Origin: Nitrospinales bacterium
Lineage (GTDB): Bacteria; Nitrospinota; Nitrospinia; Nitrospinales; VA-1
DNA length: 64,000 nt
Reading direction: 5' to 3'
Assembly (NCBI GenBank): GCA_965223345.1
Contig: CBDCWG010000012.1
Coordinates: 1,056,001-1,120,000, forward strand
Positions 60,376 to 64,000 of this stretch are shown here, piece after piece (within the stretch, counting starts at the first letter, position 1; each line of letters begins with the position of its first letter). Made by a program: the position numbers and the translations under genes. The notes beneath the pieces are model-generated. The model had not been told where the DNA came from. It searched no databases and saw only the letters and a program-made list of their open reading frames with translations.

Positions 60376-62154
60376 TCACATGAACCAGTGCAGGACCTTT
60401 TCCTCGAAATCGCTGAACCAGATCTGCAACTCGATGGGGATGAGACTGTTCAGATAGGTGAGGTAACCCATCGCCAGGGCGATGCCCAGAGTGATGAGCA
60501 GAAGCCCGCTGAACAGGTTGGTGGAATGCAACAGAATCGTGCGGCCGGCGACGGTGACTTCCCAGCCCTTGCCGCGCAACACCCTCCAGAACAGGCCGTC
60601 CTTGGGCAGGTGGCCGCAGAACGTGGAAATGAGGATGAGCGGCAGTCCCAGACCGACGGCGTAGAAGAACAACAGGGCCATGCCTTCGAACACGGTTTTT
60701 TCCGAAGCGGCGAGGATGAGGATGCCCGAGAGGATCGGACCGACGCAGGGCGTCCATCCCAGGGCGAAGGTCGCGCCGAACAGAAAGAAGCCGAAAAATG
60801 TGGAGCCGGGTTTGCCTTTGAAATTCGCTCCGGAGAATCCCTTGCCGAACAGCGTCATCACGCCGAACACGGCGACGAGGATGCCGCCGATCGTGGTGAG
60901 GGAAAAAATGTAATCGCGCAGGATCTGCCCGATCAGGCTTGCGGAGGCGCCCATCGCCACAAACAGGGTGGCGAGCCCGACGAAAAACGCCAGCGACATC
61001 AGCCCGATCCGCGTGCGGTCGGTCTGCGCGGTGATGGCAAAGTACGCCGGCAGAATCGGCAGCGTGCAGGGTGACAGAAAACTGAACACGCCGGCGATGA
61101 AAGCCAGCAGAGTGAGGGCCAGGATGCCGGACTGCGGCAGGCTCGGTTTTGCTTCGAAGGGGTTGACGGAAACCGAAGGCGCTTCGCTCTTGGTTTCGAG
61201 GCCGGTCGATGTGGCCGCGGAAGACGATTTTGCCGGCGCGTCGTTTCCGGATTGGCCCACGAGCACCTGGCCGAGCGAGGCCTGGCGCATGGCCGCGGGT
61301 TTTTCCGCACTCACACAGCGAAAGCCCACATCGGGGGCGGGTTCGTCCGGATGGGCGAATTGCCGGTAGCCGCTGCGGGCGAACTGCTTCAGAGCATTCT
61401 GGTAGAGCGGGCCGGGGAAATGCCCGATGTCGCGGGCGGAATGGCCGCGCAGCACTTTGTAACCGGCATTGAAGTTTTCGTTTTGGTAGCTGGAACCTTT
61501 GAAGGGGCGGTATTCGGCCTGGGTCCACTCCCACACGTTGCCGATGAGGTCGTGTACGCCCTCCGGGCTCGCCCCTTTGGGATGGGCTCCCACCGGGCCC
61601 GGCGTGTTCTTGCTGCCGGGGCTCTGCGGCAGGTTGGCGAGCGTGGCGTCGAAGCGGTCGCCCCAGGGGTACTGGCTGCCCTTGCTTCCGCGCGCGGCGC
61701 GTTCCCACTGCTTCTCGGTGGGCAGCGCCTTTCCCGCCCACTGGCAGAAGTTGGTGGCGTCGAACCAGTTCACCCAGACCACCGGGTGATCGTCCTGCCC
61801 TTCGGGGTGGGTGTCGTTTTTCCAGTTCGGAGGCGGAATCGCTCCCACATCGTCCCGGTAGATCTTGTATCGCCTGTTGGTGACTTCGTAGCGGTCGATG
61901 TAAAAACTCTTCAAGAAGACCTTCTGCTCGGGACCCTCGTCGGCGTACCAGGGTTTGGGGATGCCCAGAGACAGGGCCTCGGCGGACTCGTCTTTGAGAT
62001 CGGTGCCGAAAATAAAATGTCCCGCCGGAATCAGGACCATGTCTCCTTCCAGCGGGTTGTCTTTTGCGGGCGCCGCCGCGAGCGAGGAAACGGCCGCAAG
62101 GAAAACCAGGGAGGCCCAAAGCGCCACCCGTATATGGGTTCGGATCGATATCAT
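60376..62154 (-). CDS. fusion of FGE-sulfatase domain and CcdA/DsbD transmembrane domain
   Basis: Signal peptide; DRYEVTN, LPTEKQWERAARG, GNVWEW, GFRC; then SFLSPCTLP and GWTPCVGP. Confidence 0.9.
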   Translation of the reverse strand: MISIRTHIRVALWASLVFLAAVSSLAAAPAKDNPLEGDMVLIPAGHFIFGTDLKDESAEALSLGIPKPWYADEGPEQKVFLKSFYIDRYEVTNRRYKIYRDDVGAIPPPNWKNDTHPEGQDDHPVVWVNWFDATNFCQWAGKALPTEKQWERAARGSKGSQYPWGDRFDATLANLPQSPGSKNTPGPVGAHPKGASPEGVHDLIGNVWEWTQAEYRPFKGSSYQNENFNAGYKVLRGHSARDIGHFPGPLYQNALKQFARSGYRQFAHPDEPAPDVGFRCVSAEKPAAMRQASLGQVLVGQSGNDAPAKSSSAATSTGLETKSEAPSVSVNPFEAKPSLPQSGILALTLLAFIAGVFSFLSPCTLPILPAYFAITAQTDRTRIGLMSLAFFVGLATLFVAMGASASLIGQILRDYIFSLTTIGGILVAVFGVMTLFGKGFSGANFKGKPGSTFFGFFLFGATFALGWTPCVGPILSGILILAASEKTVFEGMALLFFYAVGLGLPLILISTFCGHLPKDGLFWRVLRGKGWEVTVAGRTILLHSTNLFSGLLLITLGIALAMGYLTYLNSLIPIELQIWFSDFEEKVLHWFM

Positions 62155-62197
62155 GACGGAACAATTCGGTCTGCCGCGACTCCCGGCATTGCGTCGA

Positions 62198-62716
62198 TCA
62201 GGTCTTGCCGATCAACTTTTCGAAATACCGCAGGGTCTCGGGTTCGGTCCAGTTCTCGGCGCCCTGCTTGACGCCGATGATGTTTCCCTCCCGGTCGATC
62301 AGGATCGATGTGGGAAGGCTGATCACACCGAACTGGTGACTCACGGTCAATTCCTGGTCGAGCAGCACCGTGAAAGACAGTGCGTTGGCTTTCACGTAGG
62401 GCTCGACGACGCGGGAGCCGAACATGTCGTTGGAAATGGCGAGCACTTCGAATCCCCAGGGCTTGAATCGCTGGTACAGCGCCTCCAGCGAGGGCATCTC
62501 GATCTTGCAGGGGCCGCACCAGGTCGCCCAGAAATTGAGAAGGACGAATTTGCCCCGGTATTGATCGAGGCTCACCTGTTTTCCGCTTAACGATTTGAGT
62601 GAAAAATTTCCCGCACGTTCGTCTTTGTCGGCGTAAGCGGAACTGCCTGACAAAAAAATCAGCAGCGTGAGCGCAACGATCCAGCGCAAGACGGATTTGT
62701 TGTGGGATTCGATCAC
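62198..62716 (-). CDS. TlpA/ResA-type thiol-disulfide oxidoreductase
   Basis: LNFWATWCGPC..EMP, LPTS; start uncertain (GTG 62716 proposed). Confidence 0.88.
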   Translation of the reverse strand: MIESHNKSVLRWIVALTLLIFLSGSSAYADKDERAGNFSLKSLSGKQVSLDQYRGKFVLLNFWATWCGPCKIEMPSLEALYQRFKPWGFEVLAISNDMFGSRVVEPYVKANALSFTVLLDQELTVSHQFGVISLPTSILIDREGNIIGVKQGAENWTEPETLRYFEKLIGKT

Positions 62717-62769
62717 GAAACGACGGATGAGGTTGGATGTTTCCAGCCTGGGTATGCGGCCGCGGGCGT

Positions 62770-62991
62770 TCACTCGACCGCTTCGATGCAGCGGACCATG
62801 GGAATGGCTTTTTTCAAAGCCCGTTCGATGCCCATCTTGAGGGTCATGGTGGAACTGGAGCAGGAACTGCACGAGCCGACCAGGCGCAGTTTCACCACGC
62901 CGTCGTCGATGTCCACCAACTCCACGTTGCCGCCGTCGGCCATCAGTGAAGGACGGATGGTATCCAGCACCGCTTCGACTTCATCCTTCAT
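62770..62991 (-). CDS. NifU-C/NfuA Fe-S carrier domain protein
   Basis: IRPSL.ADGG.VELV, GSCSSCSSS..TLK.GIE. Confidence 0.92.
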   Translation of the reverse strand: MKDEVEAVLDTIRPSLMADGGNVELVDIDDGVVKLRLVGSCSSCSSSTMTLKMGIERALKKAIPMVRCIEAVE

Positions 62992-63030
62992 GGCTGGGTT
63001 CCTTTGGGTTATCGATTGCGTTCGGAATGA

Positions 63031-63793
<763 letters not shown>

Positions 63794-64000
63794 TCAATAT
63801 TTTGAAATGGATAACGGGGATTGTCAAATGGTTTTCAAAACCTATCGCCGTGCGGAAATTCAGGCGTTTTCGCAAGCGTGGATTCGCCTTCGCGCCGCAG
63901 GGACGCCGGCGGCCGCAGCGCGGTTGCGAGAGGATTGGCGTTGACAAATCAAAGGCTTTCCTGCCCCGTCCGCAAAGCCGTTCAAACGTGCGTGCGGACC

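Overview
Bacterial chromosomal window. Gene content and style (multiheme cytochromes c, several FGE-fold proteins, FIST sensor, B12-radical SAMs, GC-rich backbone) suggest a Nitrospina-like organism, but that is inference only. Bases 1-~13037 are a visibly AT-richer island integrated at the 3' end of tRNA-Arg(UCU). It has a minimal satellite-like core (tyrosine integrase, excisionase-like HTH, Prim-Pol/PriCT/SF3 helicase, one orphan ORF), then an inverted-iteron/AT-rich element resembling a satellite replication origin. Its cargo is an IS481 remnant, GT4 plus GH15 genes, a cold-shock protein, small membrane ORFs and nhaA; the left boundary lies outside the window. Next is a tRNA cluster (Arg-UCU, Pro-UGG, Arg-UCG, His-GUG) interrupted by Hsp20, a FIST/NosP plus hybrid kinase pair and a His/Gly/Lys-rich Spy/CpxP-like gene. 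The rest is backbone: sspB-like, MBL hydrolase, ilvB, ppx, lptG/F-type, amgK-like, ferredoxin, engB, DUF1015, a four-cytochrome operon (about 25 heme motifs) led by an Hpt gene, glgX-treZ-treY-treT, an NHL-repeat protein, two tandem B12-radical SAMs, a sigma54-preceded secreted ankyrin protein, cupin, dapF-dapA-dapB-msrP-like-FGE, and a JAB peptidase/ferredoxin/NfuA/TlpA/FGE-CcdA fusion cluster. All calls come from motif recognition by eye; no searches were run.
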